From positions 124,001 to 188,000 of the IMG/VR virus record IMGVR_UViG_3300017763_000002: DNA of 64,000 nucleotides. One strand, given 5' to 3'. The translations under genes and the position numbers were made by a program. The notes beneath the pieces are model-generated. The model had not been told where the DNA came from. It made no database searches and was given only the letters and a program-made list of their open reading frames with translations. Of this stretch, positions 21,301-30,802 are shown piece after piece; position 1 is the stretch's first letter, and every line of letters starts with the position of its first letter.

Positions 21301-23097
21301 GAACTGAACTTGTACGACAAGGATGGCAACCATGGAGTCAGAATATCTTCAGTTACAGACTCTTTCGTAAATGCGCTGGGCGGTAAACTTTCGGTTGGAA
21401 CCATTACTAATCCAGACTCAACACTTAAAGTTCATGCGGACGATGATTCTGCTGGAGCCAACGTTTTTTACGTTGTAAACAAAGCTCACGACACTTCAAT
21501 TATTACGGCTAAAGAATCTGGCGATGTCCAGATCGCTGGAGTGCACTTAAACTCACATACTCACGCAACAGAACCTTACAAAGTAGGAATCAATACCAAC
21601 ACCCCAGGCTATCTTTTAGAAATCAAAGGCGTAACCACTGGGGACATGTTTAGCCTAACCCATCCAAATCACACCAGAAAACTAAAACAAGGCATAAACG
21701 ATACAGAGTCATTTTTAGACTTTTCTACTGGAGATAATTTTGAGATTAAGCAAGCAGGAGTTATGGCTCTCAAAATACATAACGGAGGAGATATAGAATT
21801 TGCAAATGACCTACAAGTTAATAACAATTTGACAGTACAAAACGACTTAACTGTAAGAGGTGATATTTTTAATATTAAGTTTGAGAATTCTAATTTTGTA
21901 ACTGGCTTACCAGCATATGATCCTAATGAAACCTACATAGACCAAACCCAAGTACAGTACGACAATAAAGCTTGGATAAAACTAGGCAACCAAGGACACC
22001 CTCAACACCAAGCGCCTGGAATAAATCCATCGCAATGGCAAGAAGTTGCTGTGCCTCAATTTGATGATTATAAAACACATCTTGATTCAGACTTGATTGT
22101 AAAAGGCAAGTCTGGCTTAGGGGAAGAAAATCCTCTAGCAAAACTTCACATAACAAACGATGACCCAACACTTCCAACATTTATAATTGAATCGGGTTCA
22201 AAACATTTCGAAATTGACTTCGACGGAGATGTCAATATATACAACAAACTAAAAGTTGGCCCAAGAACTAATATAGGGTCATCAGATTCTTTTCAAATTT
22301 ATCAAGACGACCCCTCAGCTGTTGCAGGCGATGAAGAATACTTTTCAATCAAACACACAACTCAAACCAGCAGCGGACCAACAGGAGGCATGTTCCTTCG
22401 AGAAGATGGTAGAGCATCAATTGGCACTTGGACCGCCCAGAACATGCTTAATATTGACCAACAAGCAGGCGTCACAGGAATAGGGGTTTATTCTCAAGCT
22501 GGCGAAAGAGCCATGATCAATTTAAAAGAATCAGGATCATCTTCATATTTGCAAATTGGTTCAACAGCAACACTACCATCTTCACTACATAATTTATACG
22601 GAGCAGACGTATCTTATGTAAGATCCGTTGAACAAGACCTGGCCTTATTCTCTTCCATGAACGGAACTTCGGTCCACGTTGGTGCTGGAGACAAAAAGCT
22701 GTTGACATTTACAGGCACTACAGACTCTCATCCAGTGACAGGAGCCGAAGCAGGAAATGATATTTTATTTTCTGAACACGCAAACGTTGGAATTAATGTT
22801 CCAGTAGTAGAACTTTCTCCAACAAACAACGACAAGTATAAACTTCATGTATTAGGAGATGTTAAAATCGACGGAAGATTATTCGCTACAGACGTTTTCG
22901 AAACTTATCCTGTTATTCCTAAGGTTGGAGACACCCATCAGGGCAGCGCTGTAGTAAGACCGCAGCATTCTTATTCAGAAGGAGACAAAGGAACAATTTA
23001 TTTTGATGATGACTACATTTTTATCTGCACGCAAGATAGTGACGGCACAGACCCGTCTAGGATAGCGTGGAAAAGATTCGCAATTAGTGAGTGGTAA
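18370..23097 (+). CDS. Long tail fibre/adhesin with three CBM-like repeat modules
   Basis: 1575 aa; repeated (L/V)G(V/I)GTxxP and GDLxV-type fibre repeats; three GDxFNxxFE...AW...YxTxLDSxL modules. Confidence 0.75.
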   Translation: MPNSRISDLFQVQRLDQDVDAEALLLIARAKSHNETMSYQDFKKSITDYCVFITGDQLITGFKTFEDNALFKKDVSIQGDLSVRGDIFNLRFETGVDPAFLDSWKSVIYAADSEVSYDSKAWRTLSRTLPSDVPGVPGTKSQGKVTVIDHDHILNGDMVNLVASDGQLIGFVEGTNFTVGANKEATATNIANAIDAHPLFTATSDINSNEIIITQEIVGIAGNTTIFIDTANPLQINRENFSGGLGSPENPWIDVTKKDADDYLTQLDSNLNTQGDLTVESNSKLEGILEVDGDSDLYSKLTVHKDTLLKDNLTVNEDTFLSGQLSVNTTGQREQVTIHGTVGLTDGYAIRGTGVDLIYASGTSAFIGNSGAFEIDNDKSAYILHDSNVGRDLLVSGQAAFLQNLTVFKNLEVKEDTLLGDELEVVGTSVFKDDVVMEKDLIVNNDLTVQNNLTVRGDVFNIKFEEGVDPYSLSEQWSQTGGVNLDGSYSQGDQVEYNGQAWEADGLTASTDEPGISPLWRDVTKITKDGYKTELDSDLLVEGKLGVGTDTPSAKFHIKTDAADANLIVDNNGAENIEVQSINDANDSLSNLNLNSIVYIKKSNFVGIGTSSPGSWVDPFNSEVVEPILHIKGDVAGKKGVYIEDGDLKIENKYGSKTELTLKTNSSPYFSDSVATLLLESGTSNDTFKINQFQKEHATFGGTTIFDKNIDGGYVSEFWQLKSGADADPNASPKISQTDYDLLPVDDGGVAGTTDKTDYEKKNILTSVWRTLPDQDPGNGDDWQSEFLPSTSYSSISQIFGQFGQVAFLGNKGDNLPELSKLNSASDSFFTIHSSEDSFDKIFKVQDSIHPDATPFVITSGGKVGVGTEDPMYKLTISDNDGGHLRLENKSEIALVRLVDGGNLDIWSHGNSDTIFRSGTGAGSELVRIKHDGSVGIGTDTPDYPLDVQGILRITKTTVDGGDTALFFNPGGGADEPELNLYDKDGNHGVRISSVTDSFVNALGGKLSVGTITNPDSTLKVHADDDSAGANVFYVVNKAHDTSIITAKESGDVQIAGVHLNSHTHATEPYKVGINTNTPGYLLEIKGVTTGDMFSLTHPNHTRKLKQGINDTESFLDFSTGDNFEIKQAGVMALKIHNGGDIEFANDLQVNNNLTVQNDLTVRGDIFNIKFENSNFVTGLPAYDPNETYIDQTQVQYDNKAWIKLGNQGHPQHQAPGINPSQWQEVAVPQFDDYKTHLDSDLIVKGKSGLGEENPLAKLHITNDDPTLPTFIIESGSKHFEIDFDGDVNIYNKLKVGPRTNIGSSDSFQIYQDDPSAVAGDEEYFSIKHTTQTSSGPTGGMFLREDGRASIGTWTAQNMLNIDQQAGVTGIGVYSQAGERAMINLKESGSSSYLQIGSTATLPSSLHNLYGADVSYVRSVEQDLALFSSMNGTSVHVGAGDKKLLTFTGTTDSHPVTGAEAGNDILFSEHANVGINVPVVELSPTNNDKYKLHVLGDVKIDGRLFATDVFETYPVIPKVGDTHQGSAVVRPQHSYSEGDKGTIYFDDDYIFICTQDSDGTDPSRIAWKRFAISEW

Positions 23098-23125
23098 TTT
23101 TTCAAAACAGGTGTAATAAAATAAG

Positions 23126-26100
23126 ATGGCACAAAACGATATATATTTAGTAAGACAAAAAGCAGATGCAACCTTTGAAGAAATTGCGCATTCGCCATTT
23201 CAATATGACGCTGCGAACATAACCGACCTGCCAGATAAAACAAAAAACACCTTCCACATCAACACTAAGCTTAGGGTTGATGAGCTAGAAGTCAACGGCA
23301 AGACTACAGTTATACATACAGATACAAATACTAGCGAACAACTTCTGGTAACAAACGATGGCACTGGACCCGCAGCAGTAATTAATCAGCTTGGGCAGTT
23401 TCCATTGATCGACATTCAAGACGACGGAACTAGCGCTTTATTTATTCGCGGAGATTCGCCTTATGGTGGTTTTGTTGGGCTAGGAACCACTACGCCCGAC
23501 GAACAGCTGCATCTTACAGGCTCAATTTTACTAGAAAATGAACAACTTTTAATGGCTAAAAATATATCTGACACGAAAGTCAACATTCTCGGAATGACTA
23601 ATGCAGATATAACAAACCTAAACAATGTAGGAGATGGTATCACAATGTCTGTTGGAACCGCAACAGCAGACCCAAAACTCTTTATGCACCCAAGCGGAAG
23701 GGTTGGCCTGGGAATCGAGACAAACGATCCTGGGGCCGTCTTAGAGGTCAAAAGAGACGGTGACACGAACGTTTTATTTAGCCACAGAACTGCCTCTATA
23801 TTAGCTGAGATAAATGTTGACAAACCAGAAGATAAAGTTGTATTTAAAACATTAACAGATCACGCTCTATCTATCGGAACAAATGCCTTAGACTTCTTAA
23901 CGCTAACAAAAGAAGGAAATTTAAATTTAGAAAAGAAATTATCAGGAAGTACTTTAACTGGTGGAGATCTTACAATTGACGGAAACTTTACTTCTCATGG
24001 CGACATGGTTAGTTTCGGAACGGAAGAATTGCTTTTTAGTAAATCACTTACATCTTCAGGAGCCAATGTTTCAAAAACTTATAGAGTTCTAGAAGTTGGT
24101 TACAATACTCACCATTGGGATCACGGAACATCTTTTATTATAGAAGTTTATTCAAATCATTATAGCTCTCAAGGTTATCAAAAATATATATTAAATCATA
24201 CACAGCTAGATACTAGCGTAACCGGAAGTCAAGATGGTCTTGTAGACAAAACAGGGTCCAGAGATTACGTGTTAAAAATTTTAGAACACGAAGGAGACGC
24301 TGGGTCTTATGAATTTAGGGCGAGACTAGGAGTTCCAGAAGATACTGGAGTTAATGTATCAAATTATGATGTAGCGCTTGTGCCCTTATATATAGACGTA
24401 ACTAATTATGCTAATGTTCGGGTAAAAGTTACTTCTTTTAATTCTGATAGTTGTAAAAGAATTAGTATTGATGAAAATTGGGGCGCGAGCAGTGCTGATG
24501 ATGAATACAAATTTAATCCACTTCCTACAGCAGAAGATATAACTTGGTCAGATCATGCAGATCTTCCAGGCACTTTAGATTATACTTTTGCAGGAAGACA
24601 AGCACTTTATGCAGATGTATTATTTGGCGACGGAAGAATCAATAGAATTGGCGAGAGAACAACTCATCAAAATAATATCCAATGGGCTTTAAAATTAGCT
24701 GACACAGATACATCATTAACTGTTGCGGGTAAAGTAGGTATTGGTACTGCGACTCCTTCACAAATGTTAGATGTTCGTGGTAATGTTCGTATTGGTCATA
24801 ACGCAGACATTACTCCCGATGACACTCCAGAAGTCCCTAGTATTTTACAGATAGACGGAAATGGCTATCAAGGCTTTGTGTCGCTTGACCAAGATGCAAT
24901 GCACATTGGTCACAACTCTCGTGTCCGTGATTTATATCTTTCAACAAATGAAACTCCAAGACTAACAATCAAGGAGACTTCCGGCAATGTAGGTATTGGG
25001 ACTACGAGTCCTATTGCACCACTCGAAGTTGTAGGAGTAGTACATGCAACTGTGCCTACTGACACTAATGCTTATTCAAGACTTACATATGGAGGTGGAG
25101 ACACCAAGGTTAATGGTACTGGTAATAACAGAACCACTCAACCTGCTCTCGTCATGCATCGCGTTGGGGAAGATGGTAGTTCAGAAAGAACGGTTGAACT
25201 TCATTCCGACAAAAGATCTTTCTTTATGGGCGGCAATGTAGGTATTGGTACTACGGATCCTGGTGGTAAACTGACAACATTAATTGAAGATGATTCGACT
25301 TATGGCAATAGTACGCCTAACTCAGCAAATTCCGTTCTTACTTTAATAAACACTCCTACAAGTGAAGCAGCTAACAATCATGCGACTTTGCAATTCAATC
25401 TAAACGCAGGCGACCATAATCATGTGGGTAGTATAAGTTTGATTTCTGAGAGTGCAGCTTTAAGAAGAGGAGCACTTGCTTTCTGTACTGATAATGGAAC
25501 TTCTAGACCTGAGGCGATGCGCATCGACTCCGACGGCAACGTAGGTATTGGTACTACAAGTCCAGCAGAAAAATTAACTATAGGTGACGGTGACTTACAA
25601 TTCTTCCACTCAAATGCAGGTAACGCACATAGAACAACATTTATAGAATTTGGTAATAGTTCAAATAGGATTACGTCCGAAATGAACTATGGTTCAGATA
25701 ACAGTAGTAACTATACTGCTGGGCTAAAATTCACAACAAAGAATTTTAATGGTTCATCATTTCAAACTATTAATGCGTTAAATATTCAAGCCAATGGATT
25801 GGTAGGTATTGGAACACCCGCGCCTTCTGAAAAATTACATGTTTCAGCTGGTAAACTTTTGGTTGCGGCATATGATATTCCTATAGCTCCTGGAGATGGT
25901 CCGGTGGCAGGAGCCACATTCTTTAGTAGAAGAGAGCCTACGAATGGAGTCCGTTACGGATCAGGCATTGATATTGTTCCGATTTCAGAGGATGGTAATT
26001 GCTCTCCATTTATTCGTTTTTATGATTCTGCCGCAAATGCTGATTATGATGACACCATTGTTGGAGATAACAACTGGGCTATAGGCGCGGATGACAGTGG

Positions 26101-28624
26101 GGTTGCGAGCTTTAATATTAACTGGGGAGGTGGGGCCAATAGCGCTAAGCCTACTAGCATCTATGGGGGCAGTCCGAATTCAGGAACCAATCGCTTATCA
26201 ATTGATGGGCCAACAGGCGTCGCTACATTTTCCGGCCCGCTTTCGATAGCTGAAGTTATTAGACACACTGGGGATACGAATACATATTTTGGATTTCCTA
26301 ATAATGATCAGTTTTCTGTAGTCACAAATTCATCTACAAGACTACTGATTACAGACGCCTCAACAACTGTAAATAATGTTCTTCAGGCTCATGGAGGCAT
26401 GACGATCGCAACAAATGAAGATAATGATACTCCGGAATTAACTTTAAAAAGAACAGCATCTACTAGCGCAAGTGGCAGTGACGACATTGTTGATATTCGC
26501 GTTGCAGATAGCGCTCTGAATTTTATCATTAATAATAATTCTGACGGAGGTGGAGGAACATACAATTTCAGAAAAGTGCTATCAGGCCTGGAGGTGCCGG
26601 CGCCAATCGATTGCGACACTATCACAACTAACGGCATAATTCGAAAAAACGGAGATACAAACACATACCTTGAGTTTCATTCTGCAGATCGACTTCGCTT
26701 GGTAACTGGCGGAGTACAACAGCTCGAAGTTACAAATTCAGGGTTATTTATTCAGGACAACATCAAACATACTGGAGATGATAATACATATTTTGGATTC
26801 CATAATAATGATCAGTGGAGGGTTGTTACTGGTGGCTCAGAAAGACTTGAAGTTACAAATACAGCAATTAGCCTCAGTAGGAACACTAATATCTCAGGAA
26901 CTGCTAGGGTTGATTATACAGGTACGCATAGTGATGGTGCAGCGCTTACGGTTTCATCTCCTGGTTCAGGAATTAAGCTACATGATTCGACGAACACTAA
27001 TTCTATTAGCAGTACTGCATACATGGACATAGCCTGGCAAGCCGCGTCTAGCGCTACTACTACTAATGGTTTAAGATTCACAAGAACTACTCTAGAGAAT
27101 GCAGATTTTATTATAGACTTGAACGGTTCAGCAACCTTTTCGCACGACTTAACAGTTAATGGAGATCTTACAGTAAACGGTGACGTTGTAACTCTTAATA
27201 CAACCAATTTAGATATTGAAGACAAAGTAATTAAAGTCGCCAAAGGAGCCACAACTGACGCTGCCGCAGATGCTTCCGGAATTTCTTTCGGAGGTAGAGC
27301 TGAGCTGGTTTACAAATCAACTGGCGATAAACTGATGGCGCATAGCTGTTCATCATTTGAAATGGCTTCTACTGGACCAAAATTCATACTTAGGGACAGT
27401 AATGCAGGAACCGCAGTAACCCAAAGTGGGAATATTTCTTACCAATTATCCAACGGAACAGTTTCAGCAGAAATTGGACACATGTCTAATAGTAATTCAG
27501 ATTTTCGAATCCAAACAGTTGACGGAAATATTGATATCCGCCCTGGAGGTACAGGAAAGCAGCTTGAGTACAATGGTGAAGAGGTTGCAACAAGAAATTA
27601 TGTAACCACTAACTCTTACAGCCACCCACTATTTAGCACTGGCTCTGTAGACATTGACACTACACCAATGAGTGGAGCTACAGTTATTTCTGATTTAGAT
27701 TTTAAAATCCAAGTAAACGGTGAAGGTCACGTCTCAAATGCTAGCACCGGAATGGGAACAGTCTCTACTAGAGAATTAACTCTTGCGGATCTAGGCTATA
27801 CTGGAGCGACTAACGCTAACAATTATTCTCACCCAACAGGAGCAGGCAATAAACACATACCTTCAGGTGGTCAAGTGGGTCAATTCTTAAAATATTCATC
27901 AAGTGGTACGGCAGTATGGGCGTCAGATAATAATACCCAATATTCTGTAGGCGATGGCGGGTTAACACAGAAGAATTTTACTACTACGCTTAAAAATAAA
28001 TTAGACGGCATCGCTGCTGGAGCTACTGCGGTTACTGATAATAGTCAAATCGCTAACGGCAAAGGGTTTATAACTGCTGTGCCAAACAATACTGTTACAG
28101 ACGCCAGCGTTTCGGGGGATACTTTGACTTTAACAAGGCAAGGAACTACTGCTATAACTTTTACCGCAACCAACAGCCCAGGCGCAGTCGGCGGATCCAC
28201 TAACGCTGTAGAAAAAACTGGAGAACAAAGCATGGTCGGCCCGCTTATTATTACTGGAACAAACACAAGCAATCAAAGTTTACTTGCCGCAGGAGATGTT
28301 GTAGCAATGACCTCTTCTTCTGATGAACGTCTTAAGAAAAATATTTTAAAAGTTGACTCTGCACTCGATAAGATTTGCAGTCTAGAAGGCTTCACATTCG
28401 ATTGGAACGATAAAGCAAAATCTTTTGGAATTAAATCTGACGCAAGAGAGCTTGGATTATCAGCTCAAAAAACAGAAAAAGTTATACCAGAAGCAGTAAA
28501 GACTTTCGATGAATCAGACTACAAATACATTAACTATGAAAAATTAGTACCAGTATTAGTAGAAGCAATTAAAGAACTTAAATCTGAAATACAAGAATTG
28601 AAAAAGAATCAGTGCGATTGTTGA
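23126..28624 (+). CDS. Tail fibre with C-terminal peptidase S74 intramolecular chaperone
   Basis: 1832 aa; five VGIGTxxP repeats; C-terminal SDERLKKNI...F.F.W...LGLSAQ..EKVIPEAV...INYEKLVPVLVEAIKEL. Confidence 0.85.
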   Translation: MAQNDIYLVRQKADATFEEIAHSPFQYDAANITDLPDKTKNTFHINTKLRVDELEVNGKTTVIHTDTNTSEQLLVTNDGTGPAAVINQLGQFPLIDIQDDGTSALFIRGDSPYGGFVGLGTTTPDEQLHLTGSILLENEQLLMAKNISDTKVNILGMTNADITNLNNVGDGITMSVGTATADPKLFMHPSGRVGLGIETNDPGAVLEVKRDGDTNVLFSHRTASILAEINVDKPEDKVVFKTLTDHALSIGTNALDFLTLTKEGNLNLEKKLSGSTLTGGDLTIDGNFTSHGDMVSFGTEELLFSKSLTSSGANVSKTYRVLEVGYNTHHWDHGTSFIIEVYSNHYSSQGYQKYILNHTQLDTSVTGSQDGLVDKTGSRDYVLKILEHEGDAGSYEFRARLGVPEDTGVNVSNYDVALVPLYIDVTNYANVRVKVTSFNSDSCKRISIDENWGASSADDEYKFNPLPTAEDITWSDHADLPGTLDYTFAGRQALYADVLFGDGRINRIGERTTHQNNIQWALKLADTDTSLTVAGKVGIGTATPSQMLDVRGNVRIGHNADITPDDTPEVPSILQIDGNGYQGFVSLDQDAMHIGHNSRVRDLYLSTNETPRLTIKETSGNVGIGTTSPIAPLEVVGVVHATVPTDTNAYSRLTYGGGDTKVNGTGNNRTTQPALVMHRVGEDGSSERTVELHSDKRSFFMGGNVGIGTTDPGGKLTTLIEDDSTYGNSTPNSANSVLTLINTPTSEAANNHATLQFNLNAGDHNHVGSISLISESAALRRGALAFCTDNGTSRPEAMRIDSDGNVGIGTTSPAEKLTIGDGDLQFFHSNAGNAHRTTFIEFGNSSNRITSEMNYGSDNSSNYTAGLKFTTKNFNGSSFQTINALNIQANGLVGIGTPAPSEKLHVSAGKLLVAAYDIPIAPGDGPVAGATFFSRREPTNGVRYGSGIDIVPISEDGNCSPFIRFYDSAANADYDDTIVGDNNWAIGADDSGVASFNINWGGGANSAKPTSIYGGSPNSGTNRLSIDGPTGVATFSGPLSIAEVIRHTGDTNTYFGFPNNDQFSVVTNSSTRLLITDASTTVNNVLQAHGGMTIATNEDNDTPELTLKRTASTSASGSDDIVDIRVADSALNFIINNNSDGGGGTYNFRKVLSGLEVPAPIDCDTITTNGIIRKNGDTNTYLEFHSADRLRLVTGGVQQLEVTNSGLFIQDNIKHTGDDNTYFGFHNNDQWRVVTGGSERLEVTNTAISLSRNTNISGTARVDYTGTHSDGAALTVSSPGSGIKLHDSTNTNSISSTAYMDIAWQAASSATTTNGLRFTRTTLENADFIIDLNGSATFSHDLTVNGDLTVNGDVVTLNTTNLDIEDKVIKVAKGATTDAAADASGISFGGRAELVYKSTGDKLMAHSCSSFEMASTGPKFILRDSNAGTAVTQSGNISYQLSNGTVSAEIGHMSNSNSDFRIQTVDGNIDIRPGGTGKQLEYNGEEVATRNYVTTNSYSHPLFSTGSVDIDTTPMSGATVISDLDFKIQVNGEGHVSNASTGMGTVSTRELTLADLGYTGATNANNYSHPTGAGNKHIPSGGQVGQFLKYSSSGTAVWASDNNTQYSVGDGGLTQKNFTTTLKNKLDGIAAGATAVTDNSQIANGKGFITAVPNNTVTDASVSGDTLTLTRQGTTAITFTATNSPGAVGGSTNAVEKTGEQSMVGPLIITGTNTSNQSLLAAGDVVAMTSSSDERLKKNILKVDSALDKICSLEGFTFDWNDKAKSFGIKSDARELGLSAQKTEKVIPEAVKTFDESDYKYINYEKLVPVLVEAIKELKSEIQELKKNQCDC

Positions 28625-28660
28625 TTAGATAAAATTATTAATTAAACATATTATATATAT

Positions 28661-28879
28661 GTGAATGATTTTGAATTAATTAATACTGAAGAAGAATATC
28701 TTGAATACGAATCTAGAGTGCGCAGGCGTGGCGGAGTACATAGTATAGAAGTATGCAACAAGCCAAAAGAGTTTCCGAGTATAGTATGCAACACTTTAGT
28801 AAGTGACCTAAATGGAATTAGAGCAATATTAAAACATTTAAATAAACAACAAATCGAAGACTTTTTAAATAAATTATAA
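28661..28879 (+). CDS. Hypothetical protein
   Basis: 72 aa ORF filling the gap between fibre genes. Confidence 0.5.
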   Translation: MNDFELINTEEEYLEYESRVRRRGGVHSIEVCNKPKEFPSIVCNTLVSDLNGIRAILKHLNKQQIEDFLNKL

Positions 28880-30757
28880 TGCGCAGATTATAAAAGAATG
28901 AAGCTCTTCGTATCTTAACGAGTAAGCGTCGAAGGGTTCATAAGTAACTTCATCAGCAATACCAACAACCTTAGGCTTGGGAGGGGCTTGAAAAGTTTGG
29001 TTTGTGTTGGTTGTTTCTCCTATTTCTTGAGGATTAACTTCTTCAACTTCTTCGTATATTTTTTCAAGTTGATCGTATAATACTTCATCGTGTATTGCGC
29101 CTTTGGTTTTTTGGGTTACTCCTGTGTCTACTCCATTAACTATAATTTTATAATGAGTGTCCCTACAGAACAATCCATATCGTGAAGCGTCCAAACCTTC
29201 ACTTGAAAATGCTTCTTCTACTTCTTGAGCAATCCATCCAATATGAATACGAGCTTCTTCTCCTTTTTTCTCTACAGAGCTTTTGAGTCTGTATTTTTTA
29301 ACTAAATCTTTTAATTTAAATGCAACTTTCTTTTCTGTTTCATCAATAGGAGCAATATCTTGCTTGACTTTTTCATCAGAAACTACTGTAACAGGGTTCT
29401 GCGAAAATATATCTCTCCATTGAGAATCTGAATTCCCGAGGTCCATCTTATCTCCTTGAGGAACTAAAGCTCTTTTATTGTGGTTGCCGTCTGTGGTTGT
29501 TCCTAATCCTTCTCCGTAAATGTATATTCCTGCAATGTTACCAACATTACTACCGAGTATCATGGTAGCTGTTGGGCCTCCTGGGGAAGCAGTAAACTTG
29601 GTAGGATCTGTATGAGCCACATAATTTAAAGACAAACGTCCAACAGAAGCTTGTACTTGCATACTAGCTTGATGATCTGTTACGTGGCTACCTGGATAAT
29701 CTGTGGTTGTTCCGTAGTTTGTTCCTTGGCCTGAGCCACCACTGGATTGTACTCCTACGTTTCTTTTAATTTCAGCTTCAGGATTAAATCCGTCGCAGTT
29801 TTGTTCGATCTGTACAGTAGTTCCTCCCGCACCGTTAACACCTATCGTGCCAGCAGAGCCTTCGTTTTTAACAAAAAATCTATGATAATTTGCATCCTCA
29901 CGCATTCTAAAATTCCAACTTAATCCTTTATCTAAATACATGGCTCCGTTGCCATTTTCTAAAATTAATGAGTCGGTTACATCGCTTGTATCTAAGGGTC
30001 CAAAAACAAATGCGCCACCCCAATTAAATTGCCCCCATCTTTCAGCGGTCCCAAAACCAAGACCTCCTCCATTATCATCAATACCATTAACTGGCTTATG
30101 AGGATACAGAGCAAACAAAGAAGCGTAATCTGCATTATTCCAACCGACACTATCGATACCAAATTTTCCGTTACTAGTAACTATATTAAATGTTCTAAAA
30201 TCTTTTTCAACTTCACGCAATGCTTGATTTGACGTTCCAGCTGCAGCTTGTGAGCTGCTAACAATAGATGCAGCGTCAAAAGATCCTGGGGTATTGGCGT
30301 CGAAATCCCACTGCTGGAGGATACAAACACCTCCTTTTTGAGCAATTCCAGACAGACTGTTATCAGACTCAACGACTAACCCAGCCTGTGCGGAATTCTC
30401 ACCCAAAATATGTATACCAACATCACTATCATCGCTTTTAGGATCAACTAAGATCATATAATTTGGCTTGCGATAGTTTGAGTCGGACGCCAAGAAAAAA
30501 TCGCGCTGTGCATTAAGGCCTCCTGTTTTAAAATCTGCGAATCTAAACCCTGGTCCATTAGATATTGTGTCGTCTATAGGTCTTGACATTAAAATGTTTT
30601 TTGTGCTAGTTAAAACTCCATCATTATCTTGCATTAAACTTGTATACAAAAGATCTGATCTTTTTACTTTAAAATTAGCATTATCTTGTTCGATAGGAAT
30701 CTCTGCGTTATTGCTTGGAGATGTTTTTGATGTAAGTTCTGATATTTTTTTGCCCAT
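28874..30757 (-). CDS. Tail spike/fibre with peptidase S74 chaperone
   Basis: 627 aa; SDEKVKQDI...HIGWIAQEVEEAF...GLFC...SLRYEELHSFII. Confidence 0.85.
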   Translation of the reverse strand: MGKKISELTSKTSPSNNAEIPIEQDNANFKVKRSDLLYTSLMQDNDGVLTSTKNILMSRPIDDTISNGPGFRFADFKTGGLNAQRDFFLASDSNYRKPNYMILVDPKSDDSDVGIHILGENSAQAGLVVESDNSLSGIAQKGGVCILQQWDFDANTPGSFDAASIVSSSQAAAGTSNQALREVEKDFRTFNIVTSNGKFGIDSVGWNNADYASLFALYPHKPVNGIDDNGGGLGFGTAERWGQFNWGGAFVFGPLDTSDVTDSLILENGNGAMYLDKGLSWNFRMREDANYHRFFVKNEGSAGTIGVNGAGGTTVQIEQNCDGFNPEAEIKRNVGVQSSGGSGQGTNYGTTTDYPGSHVTDHQASMQVQASVGRLSLNYVAHTDPTKFTASPGGPTATMILGSNVGNIAGIYIYGEGLGTTTDGNHNKRALVPQGDKMDLGNSDSQWRDIFSQNPVTVVSDEKVKQDIAPIDETEKKVAFKLKDLVKKYRLKSSVEKKGEEARIHIGWIAQEVEEAFSSEGLDASRYGLFCRDTHYKIIVNGVDTGVTQKTKGAIHDEVLYDQLEKIYEEVEEVNPQEIGETTNTNQTFQAPPKPKVVGIADEVTYEPFDAYSLRYEELHSFIICAL

Positions 30758-30802
30758 GTTATTTTTCCCTAATTAAATATACACTATAATCACACAATAA
30801 TC

